Shown: positions 19,253 through 27,797, counted from the first letter of the stretch. The stretch: 32,000 bases of DNA from Candidatus Heimdallarchaeota archaeon (GCA_030668875.1 DAOVER010000025.1:10895-42894), one strand, 5' to 3'. Notes: a model not told the origin generated them from the sequence alone. Numbers and translations: made by a program.

Positions 19253-19771
19253 CTAAAGTTTTTTTTCCATATATGTCCAAGTCACACCATCCAGCTTTGG
19301 AGATTCAGATTCTGGATACTCTTCAATTTCAACAAAACCTTCTGATTGATATAATTTTTGAGCAGATTTCATGAAAGGTCCAGCGTCTAATCTTAAAGAA
19401 GAATAACCCAGTCTCTTACCTTTCTCTATTAATCTGTTAAGAAGGGATTTTCCAAGTCCTTTTCCTTGATACTCGGGTTTAACATACATCCGCTTTATTT
19501 CACCAATTTCGGGGCTTATTCTTCTTAGGGCACCCATTCCAACAATGTTACTTTCAACTCGAACAAGATAGAACACTCCTCCTGGAGGTTGGAAAAGCTC
19601 CAGCTCATCAAGGATTCTTGCAGCATAACTATGAGCAGAACCAATGTGTGCTTCAAGATCAATATTCAACTGCTTTTTACACTGATTCACAATCCATTGT
19701 AAATATTCAGTATTCATTTCAAGAAGTATGGATAAGTGTTTTACAATATTCAAAGTAACAAAATCAACCAT
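19253..19771 (-). CDS. GNAT family N-acetyltransferase
   Basis: VGMGALRR...GEIKRMYVKPEYQGKGLGKSLL (acetyl-CoA motif A), LRLDAG...AQKLYQSEGF. Confidence 0.9.
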   Translation of the reverse strand: MVDFVTLNIVKHLSILLEMNTEYLQWIVNQCKKQLNIDLEAHIGSAHSYAARILDELELFQPPGGVFYLVRVESNIVGMGALRRISPEIGEIKRMYVKPEYQGKGLGKSLLNRLIEKGKRLGYSSLRLDAGPFMKSAQKLYQSEGFVEIEEYPESESPKLDGVTWTYMEKKL

Positions 19772-20173
19772 TTTTAAACCTTCACTTTTCCTTTGCGAAT
19801 TTTGATAGTGATAGACTATAAGTAAGTATAGTTTTGTAATATTCTTCGATGCATACCTTATTCTTCTAGTATCTTAAATAATTTTTTTGCATTACTTCTT
19901 TTAACAATTTGTTGAAACAGATTTTGCAAGTGATTTTAATAAGCACAAGAATTTTTCACATACGCTCTAGTATATATTCATAACTTAAACGCTTTAAAAA
20001 CTAAATTTGATTACAAAGTGCTTAGTTTTAGTCTTTATCGATTAATAGTTTCTCCTTGGAAGAAAGTTCAGTACCATCTAGATTATTGTTAGCAGAAATT
20101 GATAAAACATCAATGTCGACCATACTTTCCACACACTTATATATATGATGGAAAACATAGTGCACAGATACTA

Positions 20174-20632
20174 ATGAGGTCTAAGAAAGTATTGAAATTA
20201 CTCTTTATTTTAATGATGGGTGTTTTGCTTGTACCCAATCTTGGTGTAGACGCAAGTACCTATGGTATAAATATTGAACATGTGGAATATTGTGATCTTG
20301 ATGATGACGGGAAAGAGGATGATGTGTATGCTGAAATTCTTGTCACCATGTTTGAAGGCACAAAGAATTTGATTTTTAAAACAACTTTGAAATTTGATGG
20401 AGAGATTCTTCATTCAATATATAGAGATAATCACGTAAGAACTGAAGATGAAATATTGTACAAATTTTATTTCATCAATGTCGCATTCGAGAGTGGGTGG
20501 TACGTTCTATACGCTTGGTTCTATATATACACTGAAGTGCAAAGCGGATTTTACTTTGATATAACAATTTTCGATCCACCAGGAGGTGACCCAGACTATC
20601 CAATAGGAGGAGGGGTAGATCCAGGTCCATAA
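20174..20632 (+). CDS. Secreted hypothetical protein with a DxDDDG Ca-binding-like loop and Pro/Gly-rich tail
   Basis: Signal peptide MRSKKVLKLLFILMMGVLLVPNLGVDA, DLDDDGKEDD, beta-rich core, C-terminal FDPPGGDPDYPIGGGVDPGP. TATA run at 20137-20146. Confidence 0.7.
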   Translation: MRSKKVLKLLFILMMGVLLVPNLGVDASTYGINIEHVEYCDLDDDGKEDDVYAEILVTMFEGTKNLIFKTTLKFDGEILHSIYRDNHVRTEDEILYKFYFINVAFESGWYVLYAWFYIYTEVQSGFYFDITIFDPPGGDPDYPIGGGVDPGP

Positions 20633-20671
20633 ACATTTATCAAATACCTAACAAAATTAGAAACGATCTGG

Positions 20672-21916
20672 ATGAATAACATGAGAGGTTTTACTAAAGA
20701 GATACTGGATATACTTCGAATTCTCGAAAATTATCCATTAGATTCCTTTAGTGATCATGCAAGAAAACTTGGGATATCAACTCAAACGATGATAAGAAAA
20801 GTTGAATATCTTAAGGATGCGGATAAAATAAGAGAGGTTCATTCTACACTCAATCCTGAGAAAATGGGATTGGAGAGATATGTAGTGATCTTCAAAACAA
20901 CAACAGTTGAACAAATTTCATTCCTTGAACTTTCATGTGACATTCATCCATATACAAACTCTAGAAACAGACTCTTTGGTCATATGTATGGGTTATATAC
21001 AGTTTTTGATATCCCAAAGGGAACGAGAAAGTATTTGGAGTCGTTTCTAGAATTCATGCTAGGGAGGGAGTTCTGCTCACATTATCAGATTTATAAATCA
21101 TCAGGGAAGCGAGCATATTATCCTCAACCATTTCACAATAATATTACAGATATGGATGAATTCGATATAGAGGAATATTTTTCTAAAAATGTTAATTGGA
21201 AACCTAAAATAAAAGTTAATGAATCATCAGAATTTTCTATTAATAAGTTTCATCCAATTCATCTTCTTATACTACGAGACATAACAATCAATATGAGAAC
21301 ACCTATGAGTCAGCTTTCTCAAAAGTATAAAGATTATCTAACACTACCAAAAGAAAAGGAAAACTTTGATGGTCTTCCTGAAGGTTTCAAACTGTATATA
21401 GAGGAGTTTTTTGCAGAAGATCGTACAGAAAACGCAATTTATATAGACTTTAAGAAGAAATACCATTTCATTACAAATAATTTCATTGAAGATTATTGGT
21501 GGGGAGTAAATAGAAAATATTTTGAAATGTTCATAAGATTCTCATATATTATCAATAATATCAAGGAAGAAGAAAAATCAAGATTATTCAGATTGTTAAG
21601 TGAGTTTAGACCACCATTTAGCATTTACATGGAAGATTTAGGTCAAGATCTTTTCATCACATTATCGTTACCACCATATTATCAAATAAGAATGTCATAT
21701 TGGATGAGAAGTAATTATGAAAATTTATCGTTCTATATGAGTGATAGTTTCGGTTATAATGCATTAAAATATAGATTTTATGTTCACAATTACAGTATCA
21801 AAGAACAAAAATGGAGGGAGGATAAAGAATGGATGTTTGAAGGGGTTGTCAAAGGTATCCAAGAAAGTATTGCAAAGAAGCAATTTAGAAAAGTAAGTAG
21901 GAAAGAGGAAAAATAA
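20672..21916 (+). CDS. Large Lrp/AsnC-like winged-helix protein, apparently two tandem modules
   Basis: N-terminal ILRILENYPLDSFSDHARKLGISTQTMIRKVEYL...LNPEKMGL and a second module IHLLILRDITINMRTPMSQLSQK. Confidence 0.6.
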   Translation: MNNMRGFTKEILDILRILENYPLDSFSDHARKLGISTQTMIRKVEYLKDADKIREVHSTLNPEKMGLERYVVIFKTTTVEQISFLELSCDIHPYTNSRNRLFGHMYGLYTVFDIPKGTRKYLESFLEFMLGREFCSHYQIYKSSGKRAYYPQPFHNNITDMDEFDIEEYFSKNVNWKPKIKVNESSEFSINKFHPIHLLILRDITINMRTPMSQLSQKYKDYLTLPKEKENFDGLPEGFKLYIEEFFAEDRTENAIYIDFKKKYHFITNNFIEDYWWGVNRKYFEMFIRFSYIINNIKEEEKSRLFRLLSEFRPPFSIYMEDLGQDLFITLSLPPYYQIRMSYWMRSNYENLSFYMSDSFGYNALKYRFYVHNYSIKEQKWREDKEWMFEGVVKGIQESIAKKQFRKVSRKEEK

Positions 21917-21918
21917 GT

Positions 21919-22320
21919 ATGGTAAATATATACATAGTAGAAGATGACAAAAACCTTCAAGAACTATATACTATGTTCTTAACAAAAATGGGTCATCGAA
22001 TTGTTGGACAATCCTTCAACGGGGAAGAAGCTTTAATAGATTTATACTTAAATTTTGAAAGGAAAAAGCCAGAAATATTAATAGTAGACTATCATATGCC
22101 GGTAAAAAACGGTCTAGAATTGATTGCAGATTTATATGAGTTAGACTGGATTAATGAAACGAAAATTCTTTTTATTTCTTCAGCAAATCAATCAGAAATT
22201 AACGCTCATGAAACAAGTATAACAAAATATGTTACGAAACCCTTCAAATTTTCCAATCTGGGAGGTGTCATTAATGAAATAATGAGAACAAATCTAGCAG
22301 GATTGGAACAGTGTACATAA
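21919..22320 (+). CDS. Single-domain response regulator (receiver)
   Basis: IVEDD acidic pocket, phosphoacceptor LIVDYHMP..NG, ILFISS and KPF. Starts 2 nt after the upstream stop. Confidence 0.9.
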   Translation: MVNIYIVEDDKNLQELYTMFLTKMGHRIVGQSFNGEEALIDLYLNFERKKPEILIVDYHMPVKNGLELIADLYELDWINETKILFISSANQSEINAHETSITKYVTKPFKFSNLGGVINEIMRTNLAGLEQCT

Positions 22321-22456
22321 TTAGAAGATAGCAAAACAGAAGGAGAATAATAGAGATTTGTATATTTTTTGCGAAATATATAGTAATACAATAATCGCTC
22401 AGTTTTTTTCTATAAAGAACCTTAATGGTGAGTAGTTCAAGTAATAAGGCGAGGAT

Positions 22457-22532
22457 TTGCAAACGTTTGCAATATATGCAAATGTTTATAAGGGGGACAA
22501 GGAGAGTAATATATAGTTTGCAAAAATTGCAA
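22457..22532. promoter_or_regulatory. Array of five WTGCAA sites around a TATA box (putative operator)
   Basis: TTGCAA at 22457, 22467, 22518 and 22527, ATGCAA at 22476, TTTATA at 22485-22490. The first pair forms the perfect 16-bp palindrome TTGCAAACGTTTGCAA. Confidence 0.6.
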
Positions 22533-22546
22533 AGGCGCGATGAAAA

Positions 22547-23599
22547 ATGCCAAAAGATGAAACAGATATTATCATAAGTTTAAGAAACTTAACAAAAAGG
22601 TTTGGTGATTTTACTGCGGTAAACGATATTACAATGGATGTAAGAAGAGGGGAAATTATCGGTTTACTAGGCCCAAATGGTGCAGGTAAAACAACAACAA
22701 TGAAAATGATATCTAGGCTTCTAAAACCCACAGTTGGAGAAGTCTGGATAAGAGAAAATGGTGAACTAGAACTATTAACAAATAGAAACAAAGATAGTTT
22801 ATTAGATAAAATAGGATTTCTAATTGAAAACCCTACTTTTTATGACCATATGACTCCAAAGCAGATATTGACCTATTTTGCTACATTGAAAGGTTATACA
22901 AGAAAAAAGATTCCAGCTAGAATTGAAGAAGTTCTTGCAATGGTTGGTTTGTCAGCATGGATCAACAAGAAGGTTGGTACTTTTTCCAAAGGGATGAAAC
23001 AGAAATTAGGTATAGTTTCAGCACTTATTCACGACCCTGATTTTCTGGTTTTAGATGAACCTCAAACAGGATTAGATCCTAAAGCGCGCAGAGAGATTCG
23101 AGCTCTGTTACTAAAATTGAAACATTCTGGAAAAACTATTTTCCTTTCAAGTCATCTGCTTTATGAAGTGAGTGAAATCTCAGATCGAATAGCTATTATC
23201 AATTTAGGTCAGATAGTTGCATATAACACGATGGAAAATCTTGAAGCTGAATCTAAAGACAGTCGGTTAGTTATTCAATTGGAAACTATTCCATCGGATA
23301 TTGAACAGAAAAAAGCACAACTAGAAGCAATTGTTAGACCCTATGCTGGAGTCAATAATGGCTCAAATATTGTTGAATTTAGGTATGAAACAAGAACCTT
23401 CGAAATTAGATTCGATGGAAGTATAAAGAATCAAAAGACCATACTAAAGGAATTAACCAAGAGTGATTTTGATGTAATTAATTTTTCAGTTCCACGAACA
23501 AACTCACTTGAAGATTTGTACATTAATCTAGTGAGTGAGGGGGCTATTGGAAAATTAGAAGATCAGATGCAGGAAGAAGTTCCTGTCGCAATGGAGTGA
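22547..23599 (+). CDS. ABC transporter ATP-binding protein
   Basis: GPNGAGKTT, FSKGMKQKLG, LDEPQTGLD, LSSH. Confidence 0.93.
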   Translation: MPKDETDIIISLRNLTKRFGDFTAVNDITMDVRRGEIIGLLGPNGAGKTTTMKMISRLLKPTVGEVWIRENGELELLTNRNKDSLLDKIGFLIENPTFYDHMTPKQILTYFATLKGYTRKKIPARIEEVLAMVGLSAWINKKVGTFSKGMKQKLGIVSALIHDPDFLVLDEPQTGLDPKARREIRALLLKLKHSGKTIFLSSHLLYEVSEISDRIAIINLGQIVAYNTMENLEAESKDSRLVIQLETIPSDIEQKKAQLEAIVRPYAGVNNGSNIVEFRYETRTFEIRFDGSIKNQKTILKELTKSDFDVINFSVPRTNSLEDLYINLVSEGAIGKLEDQMQEEVPVAME

Positions 23600-23604
23600 T
23601 AAAA

Positions 23605-24498
23605 ATGACAGTAACACAAGATGGAAATTTACAATCTAGATTTGAGCAACACGTAGTAGGACATCGTAAGTCCTTAGTTCAAGTTGGAGCAACCGTTAAG
23701 TTTGAATTTCAAAGAAATTTGATGAATATACTTATTTCAGTAGGAATCGCAGCTTTATTCTATGTAATGAATTTAATCATTCAAATAGTAAAAGAAGGCA
23801 GAGGAGTAGAAGCTCCAACTGAAGCAGTAGAGTATTTAGCTTCTTACATGGGGATGACCTTTGGTTTCTTTATCCTTATAATCGCAGCTCAATATGGAGC
23901 TAACATAATTGCGTATGATTATGATAAGCAAACAGGGAATCTTCTATTCCCAAAGATAACTAAAGGCAGGTTATTTGTTGGACGAATGATTGCACGATAT
24001 TTATTATCAGTGCTTGCAGTCATAGTATATTATATAGCACTTGGGATTTCAGTAGCAATCAAATATGGTGAATTACCAACATCAATTTGGACTTCTCTAG
24101 GATGGGCAGCGTTCTATATGCTTGCAGTTCTTTCTTTGGTAGTATTCTTTAGTAGTTTCATGAAGAAGACATCTACAGTTATCGTGTTCAGCATACTAAT
24201 GGTACTGATTGTTTTCCAATTGACAACTACTATTCTACATATTACTGGATCAGAAATTGAACCATTGTTCATATTAACCTATTATTCGAACATAATTTCT
24301 GAAAGCTTAACAGGAATACCTGTAGATCGATTTGTAGAAACTGCACTTAGTGGCCCCGGAATGGGTCCAGGATCAGTTGATGGACCAACTGGTATGGCTT
24401 GGATAACTCCTAGCATTTCTGGAGCAGCAATAGGTTTAGCAATCTATTCAATAAGTCTATTAACAGCTGCTTACGTCATGTTCAGAAGAAGGCAATAA
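23605..24498 (+). CDS. ABC-2 type transporter permease
   Basis: Six or more TM helices, DYDKQTGNLLFPKIT motif; SD-like GGAGTGA just upstream of ATG 23605. Confidence 0.8.
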   Translation: MTVTQDGNLQSRFEQHVVGHRKSLVQVGATVKFEFQRNLMNILISVGIAALFYVMNLIIQIVKEGRGVEAPTEAVEYLASYMGMTFGFFILIIAAQYGANIIAYDYDKQTGNLLFPKITKGRLFVGRMIARYLLSVLAVIVYYIALGISVAIKYGELPTSIWTSLGWAAFYMLAVLSLVVFFSSFMKKTSTVIVFSILMVLIVFQLTTTILHITGSEIEPLFILTYYSNIISESLTGIPVDRFVETALSGPGMGPGSVDGPTGMAWITPSISGAAIGLAIYSISLLTAAYVMFRRRQ

Positions 24499-24514
24499 AG
24501 AAAATTGAAACTAA

Positions 24515-24547
24515 GAAGAGAGCTTTGCAGCTCGCCTTCTTTTTTTT
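24515..24547 (+). terminator. Hairpin followed by a T-tract
   Basis: GAAG-A-GAGC-tttgca-GCTC-GC-CTTC followed by T8, just downstream of the permease stop. Confidence 0.45.
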
Positions 24548-24592
24548 ATTAAACTAGAAAGAAATAAATAGCAAGGAACGCTGTTGATTAAC

Positions 24593-25525
24593 ATGATTGA
24601 AGCTAAATCCACAAAAATTTCTGAAACGAAAACTGATTTTAAAATTAGTTGGCAGTTTCTTAAAGCAAATTATAAATCATTTCTGGCAACAGAACTCTTT
24701 GCGTTTCTTGCATTTATCTTAGTTATTTCGATAATGATGGGAATAATTGTATTGATTTTTGTTCTTTCTCCAGGATTAGAACCTATAGATCTTGTTTTTG
24801 ACAGGGCAAAAGATTTAGACATAACTTTTAGAGTTTGGCTTATAGTTCCGATTTTGGCCTATTTAACAATGGTTGGTTTCCTATACTGTCAATTTGGTTT
24901 AGCTTATGATATTTTCACTTCCGGAGATATGTTTACAGAATTCAAGAAAGCATTTAATTATTTCAAGGAACATTGGTGGAAATACATTCTCTTAACTTTT
25001 GTAACAGGGTTTAGTTTTTTCATACCAGATCACATAATGCAACGAAGGTTAGAAACGAGTCCTTGGGCAAGTTTAGGTTCTCTTATAATAATCCTTGAAG
25101 TTTTAAGATATCTTGTAATCTTCATTATTTTAGTAGTTTTCAGTAATACTCTACCTAGTGTTACTGCGCAAGGTAATCTGAAAAATAGTTTTAAAGAATC
25201 TTTTAGAATCGTAAAGAAAGAATGGAAACGTTTATTGAAAACATGGGGGATCTATTTTTTGATATTTATTGCTCCCTCGTTAATTATATCTGGAGTTTCA
25301 TATCTAACTTTTCCTGTTTTAGAAGGAACAGTTTGGATTGAAGTAATCAGAGGTATTGCAATCATTTTTCAAGTATATAAATTATTTATAGGATTTCCAA
25401 TGCTGGCATTAATTGCAACTCGAATATACAATAGTGTTGAATTTGAGAGATATAAACCTCTTATAAAATATGAAAATCCATCAAAAGTAGATGCTGAAGA
25501 TAAGATTAGTGTTGGTTCAATTTGA
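24593..25525 (+). CDS. Multi-pass membrane protein of unknown function
   Basis: About six hydrophobic helices with an internal repeat pattern (KAFNYFKEHWWKY / KESFRIVKKEWKR). Confidence 0.75.
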   Translation: MIEAKSTKISETKTDFKISWQFLKANYKSFLATELFAFLAFILVISIMMGIIVLIFVLSPGLEPIDLVFDRAKDLDITFRVWLIVPILAYLTMVGFLYCQFGLAYDIFTSGDMFTEFKKAFNYFKEHWWKYILLTFVTGFSFFIPDHIMQRRLETSPWASLGSLIIILEVLRYLVIFIILVVFSNTLPSVTAQGNLKNSFKESFRIVKKEWKRLLKTWGIYFLIFIAPSLIISGVSYLTFPVLEGTVWIEVIRGIAIIFQVYKLFIGFPMLALIATRIYNSVEFERYKPLIKYENPSKVDAEDKISVGSI

Positions 25526-25538
25526 AGTGGTGAATAAA

Positions 25539-25862
25539 ATGTCACAGAAGGATAAACGAAAAGAAGAAAAACTTCAACCAAGAGAGGAAATTACTCTCAC
25601 AGATCCTTCAGCTGTGGCTATAGTTTTCCACGAGAAAAAAGGACAAATTCTCAAATTATTGATTAAGAAAGAAATGACTATAATTGATCTTAAACATGCT
25701 ACAGGTATGAATCCAGGGACAGTAAAACGTCATCTTGACGACCTTTTACAGCATGATTTAATTCTCATTTCTAAAGAGCAGTTGAGCGAGTATAGTATTA
25801 TGATGAAATTTTATCGCGCAGTTGCAAAGAAATTTTTATTCAAAATTGAATGGACTGCTTGA
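25539..25862 (+). CDS. ArsR-like winged-helix regulator
   Basis: KGQILKLLIKKEMTIIDLKHATGMNPGTVKRHLDDLLQHDLI...KFYRAVAK; GGTGA SD before ATG 25539. Confidence 0.8.
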   Translation: MSQKDKRKEEKLQPREEITLTDPSAVAIVFHEKKGQILKLLIKKEMTIIDLKHATGMNPGTVKRHLDDLLQHDLILISKEQLSEYSIMMKFYRAVAKKFLFKIEWTA

Positions 25863-25920
25863 TGAATATATCACTTAACAGTCTACGATAGACTTAATGT
25901 ACAATACATTTATAATAAAA

Positions 25921-27333
25921 TTTTGTCATATTGTCATATAAACTACCATTATATCAGTTTAAATGGACAGTCTTGAGTAAATATTACGGGAGTTTTTATA
26001 AGAATCTCTAGGTAAAGAAGAGATGACTAAAGTTCCTAGGGTGGAATGTATAGAAGTTAACTATCATCCTGCTTTGAGCAAGATTTGCCATCAAGTAAAA
26101 AATCTCTATAATCGAGCGAATTTTCTGATAAAAACATCCTTGAACAAACAGAACAAACTACTCTTCTACAATGATCTCAACAAGCTACTCAACCATGAAG
26201 AATGTTACCGCGTTCTCCCTGCTCACACTGCCCAACATACGCTCAAGCTTATTTGTAGAAACTGGAAGGGTTACTTCCGAGCAATAAAGGAGTGGAAAGT
26301 CAACCCTGGAGATTTCTTTGCTATGCCCCGTCCTCCTAACTACAAAAAGAAGGATGGAGAAGTGGTAGCTATCTTCACTAACCAACAAGCAAGGATCGTC
26401 AATGGGTGGCTGGTTCTGCCAAAGAAGGTGGGATACACATACAAAACGCGGTTGACTTCTCACACGGATTTAAGAGAGGTGAGAATCATTCCAAGAAGAC
26501 CTGGGTATACACTTGAGTTAGTCTATCAGAAAACCTTACCTAAACTCCGTAAAAAGTTTATACGAAAAGGAGGAGTCGATTTAGGGATGATCAACCTTGC
26601 TACCTTTGTGGATAACCTCGGAGGACGACCGATTGTTATCAAAGATGTAGGGAAAGGAATAAAGTCTATAACCCAATATTATCTGAAAAAACAGAAACAA
26701 TTACAGATACAATACGCTCAACAGCAAAGACAAAAACTACAAGTAAAGAACCGATTGACCTATGGTCATACCTACTACAAACTCCGAGAAAAGTGGAGGA
26801 GGAAACTGAAAGACGCTATCCACAAGCTCACCTGTTATTTGGTTGACTTGTGGGTGGAACGAGGTCTCCATGAGGTCATCATCGGCTACAATGAGAAGTG
26901 GAAACAAGGGGTGCAATTCTGGAAGAAGATCACCCAGATGTTCGTCACCATTCCCTTTCTACGTATCATCAACATCTTGAAGTATAAAGGGGCAGAGAGG
27001 GGGATAAAGGTAGATCTGATTCCCGAAAAATACACTTCCAAGTGTAGTTTCCTTGACAATGAATTCCCAAAAGCTAGGAAAAACTACGCTGGTCGTCGAA
27101 TTACAAGAGGGTTATTTAGCTCCGCTCAAGGACATCCCATTAACGCAGATGTCAATGCTGCATACAACATTTTACTCAAAAGCGATCCGAAAGCCTTGCC
27201 TAAACGCAGGGTGAACGGGGTAGGAGGATACGTGATGTATCCACTCAGAGTGAGTATAGAGTGTCTTCGCTCTATATCATGACCTCTAAGCACAACATGT
27301 ACCTAGCTTTGTCTAATAAGACAAGAAGACAAA
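25921..27333 (+). mobile_element. Non-autonomous tnpB-only element, ends approximate
   Basis: tnpB without tnpA, visibly more G/C-rich than its flanks. TTGTCATA x2 on the left (25923-25938) and GACAA-N3-GACAA on the right (27320-27332). Confidence 0.6.
26023..27282 (+). CDS. tnpB: TnpB RNA-guided endonuclease, rearranged RuvC-II type
   Basis: RuvC-I GVDLG (D186), VIIGYN with Gly at the usual Glu position (G288), PEKYTSKCS (E335), RuvC-III NADVNAAYNI (D376). Zinc ribbon reduced to one Cys. Confidence 0.92.
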   Translation: MTKVPRVECIEVNYHPALSKICHQVKNLYNRANFLIKTSLNKQNKLLFYNDLNKLLNHEECYRVLPAHTAQHTLKLICRNWKGYFRAIKEWKVNPGDFFAMPRPPNYKKKDGEVVAIFTNQQARIVNGWLVLPKKVGYTYKTRLTSHTDLREVRIIPRRPGYTLELVYQKTLPKLRKKFIRKGGVDLGMINLATFVDNLGGRPIVIKDVGKGIKSITQYYLKKQKQLQIQYAQQQRQKLQVKNRLTYGHTYYKLREKWRRKLKDAIHKLTCYLVDLWVERGLHEVIIGYNEKWKQGVQFWKKITQMFVTIPFLRIINILKYKGAERGIKVDLIPEKYTSKCSFLDNEFPKARKNYAGRRITRGLFSSAQGHPINADVNAAYNILLKSDPKALPKRRVNGVGGYVMYPLRVSIECLRSIS

Positions 27334-27335
27334 TA
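27200..27335 (+). ncRNA. Putative omegaRNA/reRNA scaffold of the 26023 TnpB, boundaries approximate
   Basis: Consecutive hairpins across the ORF end and 3' flank: GGATAC/GTATCC (27226-27242), TATAGAG/CTCTATA (27255-27276), TTGTCT-aata-AGACAA (27309-27324). This is the usual location for TnpB guide RNAs. Confidence 0.5.
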
Positions 27336-27410
27336 AGCATCATTAATTGTTGTTATATTTCTTCTTCCATTGCTTCGAAATCTATTTATTAGCAGTTTGT
27401 TATATCCCTA

Positions 27411-27719
27411 ATGATGGAAAAAACACTTAATCTCTCAGATATTTTAGAAATATTGAGGAAAAACATGGTGACAATCCAATCATTTGGTATTAAAAGTATA
27501 GGTATTTTCGGTTCCTATGTAAAGGAACTACAAGAAGGTGCAAGTGATCTTGATGTATTGGTTGAATTTGAAATAGGAAAGAAAAATTTTGACAATTTCA
27601 TGGATTTACTTTTTTTCCTTGAAGATTTGCTTCAGGTTAAAGTTGATCTAGTTACTAAAGAAGCTCTTAGTCCTCACATAGGTCCCAATATTCTAAAAGA
27701 TGTTGTTTATATTGAATAA
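27411..27719 (+). CDS. Minimal nucleotidyltransferase (MNT, MntA-like antitoxin) with no adjacent HEPN gene
   Basis: GIFGSYVK...SDLDVLVEF (GS-x10-DxD), FDNFMDLLFFLEDLLQVKVDLVTKEAL. Confidence 0.88.
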   Translation: MMEKTLNLSDILEILRKNMVTIQSFGIKSIGIFGSYVKELQEGASDLDVLVEFEIGKKNFDNFMDLLFFLEDLLQVKVDLVTKEALSPHIGPNILKDVVYIE

Positions 27720-27797
27720 TGATTTCTGTTTTCTTAACAATCTATGAAGAGTTGGTGAAAATTTTTAAAGAGATTATGATTATTTTGATGTTCGTAA

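Noticed and set aside
19772-20173. 400-bp intergenic region with small inverted repeats (19825-19842 and 19997-20029) as an ncRNA
   Set aside because: AT-rich, weak stems and no recognisable RNA family; consistent with divergent promoters.
25880-25894. AGTCTA-cga-TAGACT hairpin as an IS200/IS605 left-end hairpin
   Set aside because: Short, with no counterpart at the remnant or the right end; equally explained as a terminator feature of the upstream gene.
4831-27282. TGA-terminated ORFs as selenocysteine read-through
   Set aside because: The proteins look complete at the TGA (apart from the 5'-truncated methyltransferase). I saw no TGA at a Cys-equivalent site and no SECIS-like element.
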